A stretch of DNA of 64,000 nucleotides, taken from an uncultured Ignavibacteriales bacterium (lineage in GTDB: Bacteria > Zixibacteria > MSB-5A5 > GN15 > FEB-12). Below the pieces are notes generated by a model, which had not been told where the DNA came from, searched no databases, and saw nothing but the letters and a program-made list of their open reading frames with translations. The DNA is taken from contig CAYXJN010000008.1 of assembly GCA_964464605.1 (NCBI GenBank), positions 124,001 through 188,000 of the forward strand. The letters run 5' to 3'. How positions within the stretch are numbered: position 1 is the stretch's first letter; every line of letters starts with the position of its first letter. The position numbers and the translations under genes were made by a program. This document shows positions 10,115 through 20,439 of this stretch, one piece after another.

Positions 10115-10220
10115 GCGTTCTCCTTCAACAGCAGGGTACAATCCGGTGGCGGGGTTCTCATACAACGTAATATCGCTGCTTTACCGGTTATACAAAACAG
10201 AAAAGGTGACGCTCAAAAAA

Positions 10221-10274
10221 ATGGCCGGGGTCTGCAAGACGAGTTCACAGGCTGACATTGATCTCTGCCGATGA
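10221..10274. repeat. Degenerate copy of the tRNA-3'-end att-like repeat (family 1)
   Basis: atggccggggtctgcaagacgagttc..ttgatctctgccgatga aligns with the copies at 20129/27204/35031, with substitutions and indels. Confidence 0.6.
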
Positions 10275-10325
10275 CTGCTTTGCTAAGCTACTTTTATTTG
10301 CTTCGCACATGTCTTATGCTTTTTA

Positions 10326-11243
10326 TTGGTCCGTTATCAAAGAAAGGAAAACGCAATAGGAACTGATATAAGCATAGTCATCGTCGGTGCAGGTGTCATG
10401 GGGCAGGGGCTTGCAGAAACAATAGCCACTGCCAACCATAATGTCCTGCTGATTGACAAAACAAAGGAAACCGTGCAGCAGGGGTTGCAAAAAATCGGTG
10501 AATCGCTTGAACGTGAAATTTTGCGGTGGGGCTTAACCAAATCAGACAAAAAAGCGATTCTTGCGAGAATCAGCGTAAGCGGCGATATAAAAAAAGCGGC
10601 TTTGGCAAAAGTGGTGTTTGAAGCAGTACCGGAAGATGTACGCACAAAAAAGGAGCTTTTTGCCCAGCTCGACGGAATCTGTTCGTCAAATACGGTGTTC
10701 ATCACCAACACATCTACCCTATCGGTTTCCGAAATTGCCTCAGCAACAGTGCATCCGGATCGGGTGATCGGCATGCATTTTCTTAACCCGGTAAGCAAAG
10801 TTCCGGTCGTGGAAATCGTGAAAGGGCTGAATACCTCCCAGCCGACATTCGACCGGGCTGTTGAGTTGGCCGAGATGCTGAATAAAAAATGGATTACCGT
10901 AAATGAGTATCCGGGATATGTAACGACCCGAATCATTATTCCGCTCATTAATGAAGCGATGCACGTCTTGATGGAGGGAGTTGCCACTGCCGATGATATC
11001 GACAAAGCGATGAAGTTAGGCTTCGGGTTTCACACCGGCCCGCTTGCGATGGCCGATATGATGGGATTGGATGAATTATTGTTCTGGATGAATTCGTTGC
11101 TTGATGAACTCGCTGACCACAAATACAATGCCTGTCCGCTCTTGCGCAAAATGGTTCGTGCCGGACATTTGGGCGTCAAATCCGGACGTGGATTTTTCTA
11201 CTATGATAAAGAAGGCAACCGTATTCCTGAGCCGGCTTCGTGA
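10326..11243 (+). CDS. hbd: 3-hydroxybutyryl/3-hydroxyacyl-CoA dehydrogenase
   Basis: GAGVMGQG Rossmann motif, EAVPE, TNTSTLS, GMHFLNP, GHLGVKSGRGFF; true start may be ATA 10356 after AAGGAA. Confidence 0.9.
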   Translation: MVRYQRKENAIGTDISIVIVGAGVMGQGLAETIATANHNVLLIDKTKETVQQGLQKIGESLEREILRWGLTKSDKKAILARISVSGDIKKAALAKVVFEAVPEDVRTKKELFAQLDGICSSNTVFITNTSTLSVSEIASATVHPDRVIGMHFLNPVSKVPVVEIVKGLNTSQPTFDRAVELAEMLNKKWITVNEYPGYVTTRIIIPLINEAMHVLMEGVATADDIDKAMKLGFGFHTGPLAMADMMGLDELLFWMNSLLDELADHKYNACPLLRKMVRAGHLGVKSGRGFFYYDKEGNRIPEPAS

Positions 11244-11255
11244 GGTGATGTATCC

Positions 11256-12023
11256 ATGCATATCTTAGTACTTAATTGCGGTTCATCCTCAATCAAATAC
11301 CAGCTGATCGACTCAGAATCCGAACAAGCTTTGGCCAAAGGGCTCGTATCGCGCATAGGAATGTCCGGCTCCCTTGTTGAACATACGCCTTACGACCGTC
11401 CGAAAGTAACCGTCGCAGCTGAGATTTTAGATCATAGTTCCGGCGTTGAACATATGGTTGCCATGCTTTTGTCCCCGAATCACGGCGTCATTAAAAAAGT
11501 AACTGATATTGCTGCAGTCGGACATCGTATTGCGCACGGCGGTCAGAAATTTACCAAGACGGTGCTGGTCACGAAAGAAGTGATGACCGAACTGCGGAAT
11601 CTGATCGAGTTGGCTCCACTGCATAACCCGCATATGATTCGCGGCGTCACTGCATGCCAATCAATTCTTTCGCACGCCTTTCACTGTGCTGTTTTTGATA
11701 CCGCGTTTCACCATACAATACCGGCACACGCATATATTTACGGCATTCCGCATGTCATGTATCGCCGGTATGGCATTCGCCGTTACGGTTTTCACGGCCC
11801 ATCCCATCACTATGTTGCCGAGCGGACAGCTATGAATATGGGAAAGCGGATAGAAGATCTCCGGATTATAACCTGTCATCTGGGTAACGGAGCATCAATC
11901 ACCGCCATTCAAAACGGAAAGTCGATTGATACCTCCATGGGCTTTACGCCGCTTGAGGGGTTACTTATGGGAACACGCTCCGGTAGCAATCACATAGCGC
12001 GGTTCAGCCATCTGCTCGTATAA
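11256..12023 (+). pseudogene. ackA: Acetate kinase, 3'-truncated (homology ends at GTRSG, ~aa 244)
   Basis: [61 protein letters not shown], then reads into antisense nuoB; full AckA is about 400 aa. Confidence 0.85.
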
Positions 12024-12311
12024 CGTTCGCAACCGGGGAGCCATTCGCTTGACGATTGTTCCAGCGACAATAAGTAAATCTGCCTGACGTGGGGAAGGGC
12101 GGGCAACTTCGGCACCGAACCGGGCGATATCGTGCCGAGATGCTCCGGTTGCCATCATCATTTCAATGGCACAGCAGCTTGTTCCAAAAGTAAGCGGCCA
12201 AAGACTGTTGGAGCGCGCAAGATTGATTACTTGATCCATGCGGGTCAGGACGTACGAACCGCCCGGAACCCGTTCCAATGGTGAAACACTGTTTTCTTCA
12301 CCTACACCCAT
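11961..12311 (-). pseudogene. nuoB: NADH-quinone oxidoreductase subunit B, 3'-truncated
   Basis: [38 protein letters not shown], then an abrupt stop; lacks the C-terminal GCPP cysteine ligand. Confidence 0.85.
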
Positions 12312-12652
12312 TCCAGAACTCCCTTCTTCCAGGCGTAGAGTAGTGCTAAAAGGAGAACAGCAATGAAGATCAGTACTTCTATCAAACCGACAATACCGAA
12401 TTCACGAAATACAACCGCCCAGGGGAAAAGGAATGCCGCTTCGACATCAAACACAAGAAACAGCAAGGCGAATAGATAGTAGCCGACGTTGAAATGCACC
12501 CAGGTTGTGCCGACTGTCCGCTCGCCGCACTCATACGGTTCCCCTTTCACACCACCCGGATTATGTGGCGCGAATATCCGTGATACCAGCAGACCGCCAG
12601 CCACCAAAGCGACTGCGAGAATGGCGAAGAGAAAAATAAAGATGTATTCCAT
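12302..12652 (-). CDS. nuoA: NADH-quinone oxidoreductase subunit A
   Basis: [38 protein letters not shown]; start refined to MEYIFIF. Confidence 0.93.
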   Translation of the reverse strand: MEYIFIFLFAILAVALVAGGLLVSRIFAPHNPGGVKGEPYECGERTVGTTWVHFNVGYYLFALLFLVFDVEAAFLFPWAVVFREFGIVGLIEVLIFIAVLLLALLYAWKKGVLEWV

Positions 12653-12680
12653 ACTGAGTCCGCCTCTGTTGTACTGCTCG

Positions 12681-13721
12681 TTAGACCGGCATTGTTCCCC
12701 AGCTGTCTTCGGATGGGACCGTCCAGGTCTCACCGGCATGGAGCAAGCCGTAGATATCAGCATCGCCGAATTTTTGGGCTACCGACTGCTCCTGCGAGGC
12801 AACTTCCTCTTCGTACACCGGCGCTTCCACCTGTCGGAAAATTCCGAGCGGGTATGGATACTGAGGGTAATCAAGCAACGCCGCTCGCAGCGCAAGTGTT
12901 GGATCTGCCCGGCGCGCGTCATACACAAGCAATTGGCTTCTGTTGACACCCGGATCGTTCAAGTTGACCAGTTCAAGGTCGAATCCATTCAATCGGAATC
13001 CTTTATCCCGGTTTTCGCCGTAGATGAGCGGTTCGCCATGCTTGAGCGTCATTGTATGTTCAGCGCGATTGCTCTTTTTGCTGATTTCCGTCCAAATTCC
13101 GGCATTGAAAATATCGCAGTCCTGCAATACTTCAATCAGTGCGACCCCTTTGTGCTTATATGCTTCCACCAAAATTTCAGTAGTCATGGCATTATCGGTG
13201 CCCGGTACGCGGGCAACAAACGTTGCACCGCAGGTAATCGCCAGCGCCGCGGGATTAACCGGGCGGTCGAGAGACCCATAGGGAGTCGTTTTCGTTTTGA
13301 GGCCGAGCGGCGAGGTCGGAGAAGCCTGGCCTTTTGTCAGACCATAAATGCGGTTATTCAGAAGAATAACCTTAATGTCCGGATTGCGCCGCATCAGGTG
13401 CACAAAATGATTGCCGCCAATCGACAGAGCATCTCCATCGCCGGTGACAACCCAGACCGAAAGTTCAGGACGTGTCAGCTTTACTCCCATTGCCAGCGCC
13501 GGAGCGCGGCCATGAATACCGTGAAATCCGTACGTCTCTGTGTAGTGAGGGAAGCGTGATGAGCAGCCGATGCCGGAAATAATCACAATCTTTTCCCTTT
13601 GGAGACCCAGTTGAGCCATGGCGGCCGTAAAGCTTTTCAGTACCCCGTGATCACCGCAGCCGGGGCACCAGCGCGGTTCGACTTCGCTTAGATAGTCCTT
13701 TCGTTCGGGTACTGTACTCAT
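12681..13721 (-). CDS. korB: 2-oxoacid:ferredoxin oxidoreductase beta subunit
   Basis: WCPGCGD, SGIGCSSR, TGDGD TPP-binding motif, NNRIYGLTKGQASPT. Confidence 0.92.
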   Translation of the reverse strand: MSTVPERKDYLSEVEPRWCPGCGDHGVLKSFTAAMAQLGLQREKIVIISGIGCSSRFPHYTETYGFHGIHGRAPALAMGVKLTRPELSVWVVTGDGDALSIGGNHFVHLMRRNPDIKVILLNNRIYGLTKGQASPTSPLGLKTKTTPYGSLDRPVNPAALAITCGATFVARVPGTDNAMTTEILVEAYKHKGVALIEVLQDCDIFNAGIWTEISKKSNRAEHTMTLKHGEPLIYGENRDKGFRLNGFDLELVNLNDPGVNRSQLLVYDARRADPTLALRAALLDYPQYPYPLGIFRQVEAPVYEEEVASQEQSVAQKFGDADIYGLLHAGETWTVPSEDSWGTMPV

Positions 13722-15619
13722 GACTCCACCTCTATCTCATGTTCGATTAACTCAGCGACTTCACTGACCCTGAACGGCGTTCCTTTCACCTTGTTGAATT
13801 TTTCCATTTCCAACAGGAATTCAGCGCGAAGTTTTGTCCAGAGTTGTCCCAGATTATTCTCGATTACGATTCGTTTCGGATAACGCTCAAGAATCTCGCG
13901 CAGATCGGCGGGAAAGGGATTCAAGTGCCGCAGGTGAATCGCTGCGACCGGACGACCCAGCCCATTCTGATTCATCACGGCGCGAGTAATTGCACCGTAT
14001 GAGCTTCCCCATCCGATTAGTAAGAGCTTCGCGTTCGGGTTACCTTCGATTTTGGTACGCGGGAATTCCTGTGTAATCCTCTCGACTTTTTCGGCACGCA
14101 ATGAAACCATTTTCGAATGATTATCCGGACTGAGATCGATTTCTCCGGTACCATCGCGCCGTTCCAGTCCGCTGATGCGATGTTCCAAGCCGGGTGTGCC
14201 GGGGCGCACCCACGGACGGGCCAGCGTTTGCGGATCACGTTTATATGGCTGGAATGTCTCCCTGTCCGTATGAAAGTTGGCTTTTACGTGCGGCAGTTCA
14301 TGTAAGTCGGGAATTCGCCACGGCTCGGAACCGTTTGCTATATATCCGTCACTCAATACAATCACCGGAATCATATACTTGATCGCGATGTTTGCAGCTT
14401 CAACAGCAGTATCGAAACAATCTTTTGGTGAGCGGGCCGCAAGCACGACAGCCGGCGACTCTCCATGCCGGGACCAAAGAGCCTGATAGAGATCGCTTTG
14501 CTCCATTTTGGTCGGCAATCCGGTGGATGGGCCTCCGCGCTGCACATTTATTACAACCAATGGCAGTTCTGCCGCAACTGCCAGATTCAGAAACTCTGTT
14601 TTCAGAGACATCCCCGGTCCTGATGTGCTGGTTACTCCCAGCGATCCGCCGAAAGAGGCACCGATAGCGGCACCAATTGCAGCGATTTCATCCTCGGCCT
14701 GAAACGTGGTAACGGAAAGTTCCTTATGCTTACTGAGTTCATGAAGAATATCCGACGCCGGGGTGATCGGGTATCCACCCAGGAAAAGGCGAAGTCCAGC
14801 TTGGTGGGATGCCACGATAAGCCCCAAAGCCATGGCTGAGTTTCCGTTCATATAGCGGTAGGTGCCTGCCTGCCGATTTCTTTTCGGCTGTACTACAAAG
14901 TTGCTGCTGAACAGCTCAGCGTTATCGCCGTAATGGTATCCGGCTATGAGCGCTTCGGAATTGGCTTTGGCGATTGCTTCATCCTTTCCAAATTTTTGCG
15001 CAATCCATCCGAGGGAGTTTTCTAACGGCAGACTGAAAAGCCAGCAGATCATCCCCAGTGCAAAAAAGTTTTTCGATTTATCAACCTGCATACGCGGAAC
15101 ACTCAGCGGCTCAAGTGCTTTTCCGGTCAAAGTCGAAATCTTGACTGCAAACACTTTGGCATCACTCAGCATTTCTTTTTGCAGCGGGTTTTCGGTATAT
15201 CCGGCTTTTTCGAGGTTCTTGTCGGAAAATGCGTCTTCGTTGGCAATGATTATTCCACCCTTTCGGACAAGCGCTAAGTTCGCCTTCAGCGCCGCCGGGT
15301 TCATTACCACTAACACATCCACCATATCACCTGCCGTGTAGACATCCTGCGGACCGATGTTCACTTGAAATCCGGAAACACCGGCGACCGTTCCTGCAGG
15401 GGCTCTGATTTCAGATGGATACTCCGCCAGCGTCATGACATCATCGCCGAACATCGCGGAAGCGTTGGCGAATCGCGTTCCAAGCAGTTGGATTCCGTCG
15501 CCGGAATCGCCTGCGAAGCGAATTGTCGTTATGTCCCGCTCACGCGGGTGGCTCTTCCGGCCGTCAGAGGAGGAAGAAGGTTGCCCTTTGAGGGCTCCCG
15601 CCTCGTCTGATGTTTGCAT
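13718..15619 (-). CDS. korA: 2-oxoacid:ferredoxin oxidoreductase alpha (gamma-alpha fusion) subunit
   Basis: FAGDSGDGIQL, EIRAPAGT, YPITPAS, QAEDEIAA, QRGGPSTGLPTK. Confidence 0.92.
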   Translation of the reverse strand: MQTSDEAGALKGQPSSSSDGRKSHPRERDITTIRFAGDSGDGIQLLGTRFANASAMFGDDVMTLAEYPSEIRAPAGTVAGVSGFQVNIGPQDVYTAGDMVDVLVVMNPAALKANLALVRKGGIIIANEDAFSDKNLEKAGYTENPLQKEMLSDAKVFAVKISTLTGKALEPLSVPRMQVDKSKNFFALGMICWLFSLPLENSLGWIAQKFGKDEAIAKANSEALIAGYHYGDNAELFSSNFVVQPKRNRQAGTYRYMNGNSAMALGLIVASHQAGLRLFLGGYPITPASDILHELSKHKELSVTTFQAEDEIAAIGAAIGASFGGSLGVTSTSGPGMSLKTEFLNLAVAAELPLVVINVQRGGPSTGLPTKMEQSDLYQALWSRHGESPAVVLAARSPKDCFDTAVEAANIAIKYMIPVIVLSDGYIANGSEPWRIPDLHELPHVKANFHTDRETFQPYKRDPQTLARPWVRPGTPGLEHRISGLERRDGTGEIDLSPDNHSKMVSLRAEKVERITQEFPRTKIEGNPNAKLLLIGWGSSYGAITRAVMNQNGLGRPVAAIHLRHLNPFPADLREILERYPKRIVIENNLGQLWTKLRAEFLLEMEKFNKVKGTPFRVSEVAELIEHEIEVES

Positions 15620-15631
15620 AGATCCCTGCCT

Positions 15632-15919
15632 TCATTTTCTAAAATGTGACGGAAAATCAGCGGGAAAGGATTTTTCCGGATGCAGATTTTTCGCACGAGC
15701 AAAGAGTTCATTTTCCTGTTCCTGACTATCAGGATCGGAAATACAAGCGTCTACCGGACAAACATCTGCGCATTGCGGAGTGTCGAAGAAGCCGACGCAT
15801 TCGGTGCACCGTGCAGGATCTATTATATAGGTTTCGTCACCGGGAGAAATCGCCTCATTCGGGCACGGCTCCACGCATTTGTCGCAAAGATTACAGTCTT
15901 GGGTGATTATATATGCCAT
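15632..15919 (-). CDS. YfhL-family 2[4Fe-4S] ferredoxin
   Basis: CNLCDKCVEPCPN and CTECVGFFDTPQCADVCPVDAC; start refined to MAYIIT. Confidence 0.92.
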   Translation of the reverse strand: MAYIITQDCNLCDKCVEPCPNEAISPGDETYIIDPARCTECVGFFDTPQCADVCPVDACISDPDSQEQENELFARAKNLHPEKSFPADFPSHFRK

Positions 15920-16358
15920 ACGAACTCCTTTTTTATGTGCAACGACAGAAACTTTTGTATCGTCAAACACGATGTTTTCTGTCTTTCACACAACTCAACT
16001 ATTATAACAACTTTTCGCAAGCAAGCTATACTTTTTGCATTTTTCCATTCAATACAGGATTAATTTAGTAGAGATAAAGGCGCTGACATTCTGTTAATGA
16101 ATGAGAATAAATGGCTCCTGTTGCTTGCCGATACTTCAGTAATCAGATCTGAAAAGTGAGTTTTATTTCGAATAGGAATCAGGATAAAAACGGTATTGGT
16201 TTTATAAAAAAGGGAGCGCATCTGAGTGTTTGTAGGTGTGTGTGGACAGCATCTGCGAAGAGTTATGCAGAAAATAGTTTGAACCGCGACGCTACTTGAT
16301 ATATTTCACTTTCAAATATGACAACTGTCCGTACCAATACGAAAAGAAATCAATCAAT

Positions 16359-18305
16359 ATGAACAAACCACAATTTCCAGGCGAACCGATGACGATGGAT
16401 GGCAGCGAAGCAGTCGTTTGGATCGAAATCAACGCCTGCACAGGAGCATCGAGTTATCCAATTACTCCTTCAAGCAATATGGGTGCAGGTTTTCAACAGG
16501 CAGTGGCAGACGGCAAGACCAATCTCTGGGGGGAACCGCTCATATTTCTGGAGCCGGAGAGTGAACACTCCGCCGCCAGTGTGTGCGAAGGTTACGCAGC
16601 GGCCGGCGGGCGTGTCACTAATTTTACGTCGGGGCAGGGGTTGATTCTTATGAAAGAAGTACTCTATACGATTGCCGGCAAGCGGCTGCCTGCGGTTTTC
16701 AATATCGGAGCGCGTGCACTAACAGTACACGCTCTCAATGTCCACGCCGGACATGATGACATTATGGGAGTAGCTGATTGCGGGTGGGGGATGCTCTTCG
16801 CACGCAATGCTCAGGAGGCGGGAGACCTCTGCTTGATATCCCGTCGCGTTGCCGAGGATTCTTTAACACCCTTTTTCAACGTGCAGGACGGTTTCCTCAC
16901 CACCCATACAGTTGAAGATGTGCGGCGTCCGGAAGCTGAACTGATCAAAACATTTCTCCGTCCGCCGCATGATGCAATCGAGAGCCTTATCGATCCGGTT
17001 AAGCCGCTTATGAGCGGCGTCGTGCAGAACCAGGATGCATATATGCGCGGGAAAATAGCCCAGCGTTCGTATTACAAACCGATAAAAGGGAATTTGAAAG
17101 CGGCATTTGATGAGTTCACGCGGTTGACCGGTCGAAAGTACGATTTTATCGATACCTTTCAGATGGAAGGCGCGCGCTATGCGATTATCGGAATGGGCTC
17201 CTACATGGAAACGGCAAAAGCAACAGCGCGGGTGCTCAAAGAAAAATATGGCGAGCCGGTTGGTGTGATTGCTGTCACTTCCTATCGTCCCTTTCCCGGC
17301 CCGGAACTGGTTGAGGCATTGAAGCATGTTGAAGTGATATCGGTGCTCGAACGGATGGATGATTTCAACGCACCGGAGAATCCTCTTACACGAGATTTAA
17401 AAGCAGCCTTCGCTGATGCGTTAGCCGGAATGGATGGTTACCCGCAGATCAGCAAGATGCCGGTTATCCAGCATGGTGCCGGCGGATTGGGCAGTTTTGA
17501 CGTGCGGGTGCATGACTTCCAGGCAATTGTCGAAAATCTCAAACTGGGGAAGAAGGGAAAGATTCGTTACTGCATTGGGGTGAGGCATCCCGATCGGCTG
17601 GAGTGCAACGCCGAAGAAGTTGACTTGCACGAAAACGGCTCCTTCGCCATGCGCGGGTATTCGATAGGCGGTTACGGTTCGATCACGACAAACCGTGTAA
17701 TTGCATCGGTCTGCTCCGACCTGTTCGGAATGAGTGTGCAGGCATATCCGAAGTATGGGGCGGAAAAAAAGGGAATGCCTACGATGTATTTCCTTGTCGT
17801 AGCGCCCAATCATGTTGAAACCCATCAGGAACTGCGAAACGTAAATTTTGTCGCCATTAATGACGTGAATGTCTTCCAACGCGGCCGTCCACTCGATGGT
17901 TTGCGGGAGGGGGGCGCCGTTTTCCTCCAGACAAAACATACAACAGCGGAGGCGATTTGGGCAGATCTTCCCAATCGCGTAAAATCGGAAGTCATTTCGA
18001 AAAAGTATCGTATTTACGGGTTGGATGCGACGGCAATTGCTCATGAAGTCGCACATACTCCCGATCTGGTAAACCGGATGCAGGGAATTGTGCTGCTTGG
18101 CGTCTTTCTGCGCGCTACCCCGCTGGCGAAGTCGAAAGGATATAACGAGGAGCAATTGTTTTTGGAGATGGAAAAAATCCTAAGAAAGTATTTTGGCAAG
18201 CGTGGCGATCAAGCGATCGAAGACAACATGATCTGTGTCCGAAAAGGATACCGGGATGTCATCGAAGTTTCGCCGAAGATTGAGGAGAGTATTCAACATG
18301 TTTGA
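16359..18305 (+). CDS. Pyruvate:ferredoxin oxidoreductase, alpha-gamma part
   Basis: YPITPSS, PESEHSAAS, FTSGQGL, VHAGHDD, DGFLTTH, GGYGSITTN, YGAEKKG; start refined to MNKPQF. Confidence 0.9.
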   Translation: MNKPQFPGEPMTMDGSEAVVWIEINACTGASSYPITPSSNMGAGFQQAVADGKTNLWGEPLIFLEPESEHSAASVCEGYAAAGGRVTNFTSGQGLILMKEVLYTIAGKRLPAVFNIGARALTVHALNVHAGHDDIMGVADCGWGMLFARNAQEAGDLCLISRRVAEDSLTPFFNVQDGFLTTHTVEDVRRPEAELIKTFLRPPHDAIESLIDPVKPLMSGVVQNQDAYMRGKIAQRSYYKPIKGNLKAAFDEFTRLTGRKYDFIDTFQMEGARYAIIGMGSYMETAKATARVLKEKYGEPVGVIAVTSYRPFPGPELVEALKHVEVISVLERMDDFNAPENPLTRDLKAAFADALAGMDGYPQISKMPVIQHGAGGLGSFDVRVHDFQAIVENLKLGKKGKIRYCIGVRHPDRLECNAEEVDLHENGSFAMRGYSIGGYGSITTNRVIASVCSDLFGMSVQAYPKYGAEKKGMPTMYFLVVAPNHVETHQELRNVNFVAINDVNVFQRGRPLDGLREGGAVFLQTKHTTAEAIWADLPNRVKSEVISKKYRIYGLDATAIAHEVAHTPDLVNRMQGIVLLGVFLRATPLAKSKGYNEEQLFLEMEKILRKYFGKRGDQAIEDNMICVRKGYRDVIEVSPKIEESIQHV

Positions 18306-19899
18306 GAAACGTGCTCCCGGTGATTCGGTGTCGCAAAGCGCCGAAACAGACAAAAAATCACGAGACCTTTCGCACTTTCACGAAAAAGTGCTCGACCAGT
18401 ATCTGAGTGGTGAAGAAGACTTGGGTATTCCGGCCGATGAACTTGCAGCCCGCTCCCTCATTCCCCCGGGAACGGCGCGCGAAAGAAGCTTTGCCGCGAT
18501 TAGCCCTATCATACCGGAGTTAGACCCGCAATCCTGCGTAGCCTGTATGGAATGCGTAGTTCTTTGCCCGGACATAGCAATTCGTTCACGTGCTGTGACG
18601 CCTAAGGAACTTGACAAAGGTCTGAACGCAGTCAGCGACGAATCACAGCGCGGGGATTTCAAAACGCATTTTTTCAAAACAAAAAAATTCTGGGACTTTT
18701 TCGAAAAGAAAGGGGAAACCCCTGCCTATTTTTCGCTTTGGATTGATCCCGATCGATGCAAAGGGTGCGGTGTCTGTGTCGACGTGTGCGGGACTCGCGG
18801 CGCTTTGAAAATGCGCGACAAGGAACCGGCGCAGATGAAGGCATATTCAAGCGGAATGGAATTTATCAGAAAACATCTTCCTCCGACTCCGGAAGAATTC
18901 CTGAACGAAAAACGAATCACCGATGCATACATGAAAGAATACTGCTGGGTCTGCCAGGGTGGTTCGGGCTCATGTGCCGGCTGCGGCGAAGTGTCCGCTA
19001 TGAATATGGCACTCACCGCAACGTCAATAAAGTACGGTAAGAACATGGCAATTGTCGCCGCGACTGGCTGTAATACAGTGTTCAGTTCGACGTATCCCTA
19101 CAACACGTTCGATGTCCCATGGACAAATTCACTGTTCGAGAACGCTCCCGCTACCGCGATGGGTGTTCGGATGCGGCTGAACCAGCAGGCGAAACAGGAA
19201 ACAAAAGTCTGGGTCGTCGGAGGCGATGGTTCGATGTATGATATCGGATTCCAGTCACTCTCACGGATGTTGACGACTCGGATGGATATCAATGTGCTTG
19301 TACTGGACACGCAGGCGTATTCGAATACCGGAGGGCAGGCGTCGACTGCGACGTACCTCGGCCAGAACGCAAAGATGAGCGTACACGGCAAAGCTATTCA
19401 TGGTAAAGTCGACCGACGGAAAGAACTCGGCTTGCTGGCAATGAATCATCCCGACGTGTTCGTGGCGCAAATTTGTCCATCTTATTACAATCATTTCTTC
19501 AAATCAGTGCTGTCGGCGGTCGAATATCCGGGGCCGTCTGTTCTCATTGCCTACGCATCCTGCACTCCGGAACACCAGATTGCGGATAATCAAAGTTTTG
19601 AACGTGGACTCGCTGCTGTGGCGAGCCGGGCATTTCCACTTTATGTCTATGATCCGCGAAAGGGAGAGACTTTCAAAGAACGGCTGGATCTGTCGGGCAA
19701 TCCATCCATAAACAAGGATTGGCACGTCGATTCCCGTTCGGGTGAGCAGCGTGACTTTGTCTGGTTTGCAAGAGGAGAAGGACGCTTCGCCAAACAGTTT
19801 AATAAAGATGGACAGCCGTCGGAAGAATTGCTTTGGTCACAGGATGACCGACTGAAGAACTGGCACTTGCTTCAGGAGCTGGCTGGTGTGCAGGGTTGA
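18298..19899 (+). CDS. Pyruvate:ferredoxin oxidoreductase, ferredoxin-beta part
   Basis: CVACMECVVLCPD, CKGCGVCVDVC, SCAGCGE, AATGC, GGDGSMYDIG, YSNTGGQ; GAGGAG RBS before MFEKR. Confidence 0.9.
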   Translation: MFEKRAPGDSVSQSAETDKKSRDLSHFHEKVLDQYLSGEEDLGIPADELAARSLIPPGTARERSFAAISPIIPELDPQSCVACMECVVLCPDIAIRSRAVTPKELDKGLNAVSDESQRGDFKTHFFKTKKFWDFFEKKGETPAYFSLWIDPDRCKGCGVCVDVCGTRGALKMRDKEPAQMKAYSSGMEFIRKHLPPTPEEFLNEKRITDAYMKEYCWVCQGGSGSCAGCGEVSAMNMALTATSIKYGKNMAIVAATGCNTVFSSTYPYNTFDVPWTNSLFENAPATAMGVRMRLNQQAKQETKVWVVGGDGSMYDIGFQSLSRMLTTRMDINVLVLDTQAYSNTGGQASTATYLGQNAKMSVHGKAIHGKVDRRKELGLLAMNHPDVFVAQICPSYYNHFFKSVLSAVEYPGPSVLIAYASCTPEHQIADNQSFERGLAAVASRAFPLYVYDPRKGETFKERLDLSGNPSINKDWHVDSRSGEQRDFVWFARGEGRFAKQFNKDGQPSEELLWSQDDRLKNWHLLQELAGVQG

Positions 19900-20128
19900 T
19901 ACGCGCTATCGATGAATGGCCGTGAGTTTAGAATAGTAACCAAATCGAATCTTACCTGAGGTCATTTCGGGATACCTTCGAAAATACCCGGATGATAGAT
20001 GCTTCGCCTGTCCGGTAAATTTGATTGAGAACGTCATGGTGAATGATGTTCTGCTGTTCCCCTATCGGTTTCAGAGCAGGCTCTCAAATCATTCGGAAAT
20101 TTGTCGTTGAAAAGGCTATTATTTTTTT

Positions 20129-20183
20129 ATGGCGGGGTCTACGAGACGCGTTTCGCAACTGGATCATGACCTCAGCCGCGTGA
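20129..20183. repeat. att-like repeat family 1: 20-bp core (reverse complement of a tRNA-Asp-like 3' end) plus orphan tail WRGLRDAFRNWIMTSAA*
   Basis: ATGGCGGGGTCTACGAGACG is identical at 27204 and 35031; the minus strand reads GT-CTCGT-AGACCCC-G-CCA. Confidence 0.85.
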
Positions 20184-20439
20184 GTTGACCTGCCAAAACT
20201 ACCCAAAACACCCCAAAAGTCAAGATTTGGCCGTTCTTATGGACAAACCGGAAGAGTCCCGACAAAGTTGCGTCAATGGACGTTGTTCGAACTTTTGAGG
20301 GGTCAATTCGATACCTATTGGCCGTTTGAGCAAGCCATTTCCATAGATGCTATTGTAATGTATTTTGCCAATCCATAAAAGCGCTCCTCGCTAAAAGTCT
20401 TGTCTAAGTGCTGATATAGTAATATGTTGAAACTATACT

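Noticed and set aside
12489..13559. 356-aa + strand ORF, and other long antisense ORFs (10337-11005, 17421-18155, 24974-25582, 43515-44324, 54318-54929)
   Set aside because: They lie opposite clearly recognisable genes and show no motifs; shadow ORFs.
20129..20148. ATG of the core as the start of a small peptide (MAGSTRR..)
   Set aside because: That frame diverges after the core in the three copies; codon-level conservation is in the WRGLRD frame.
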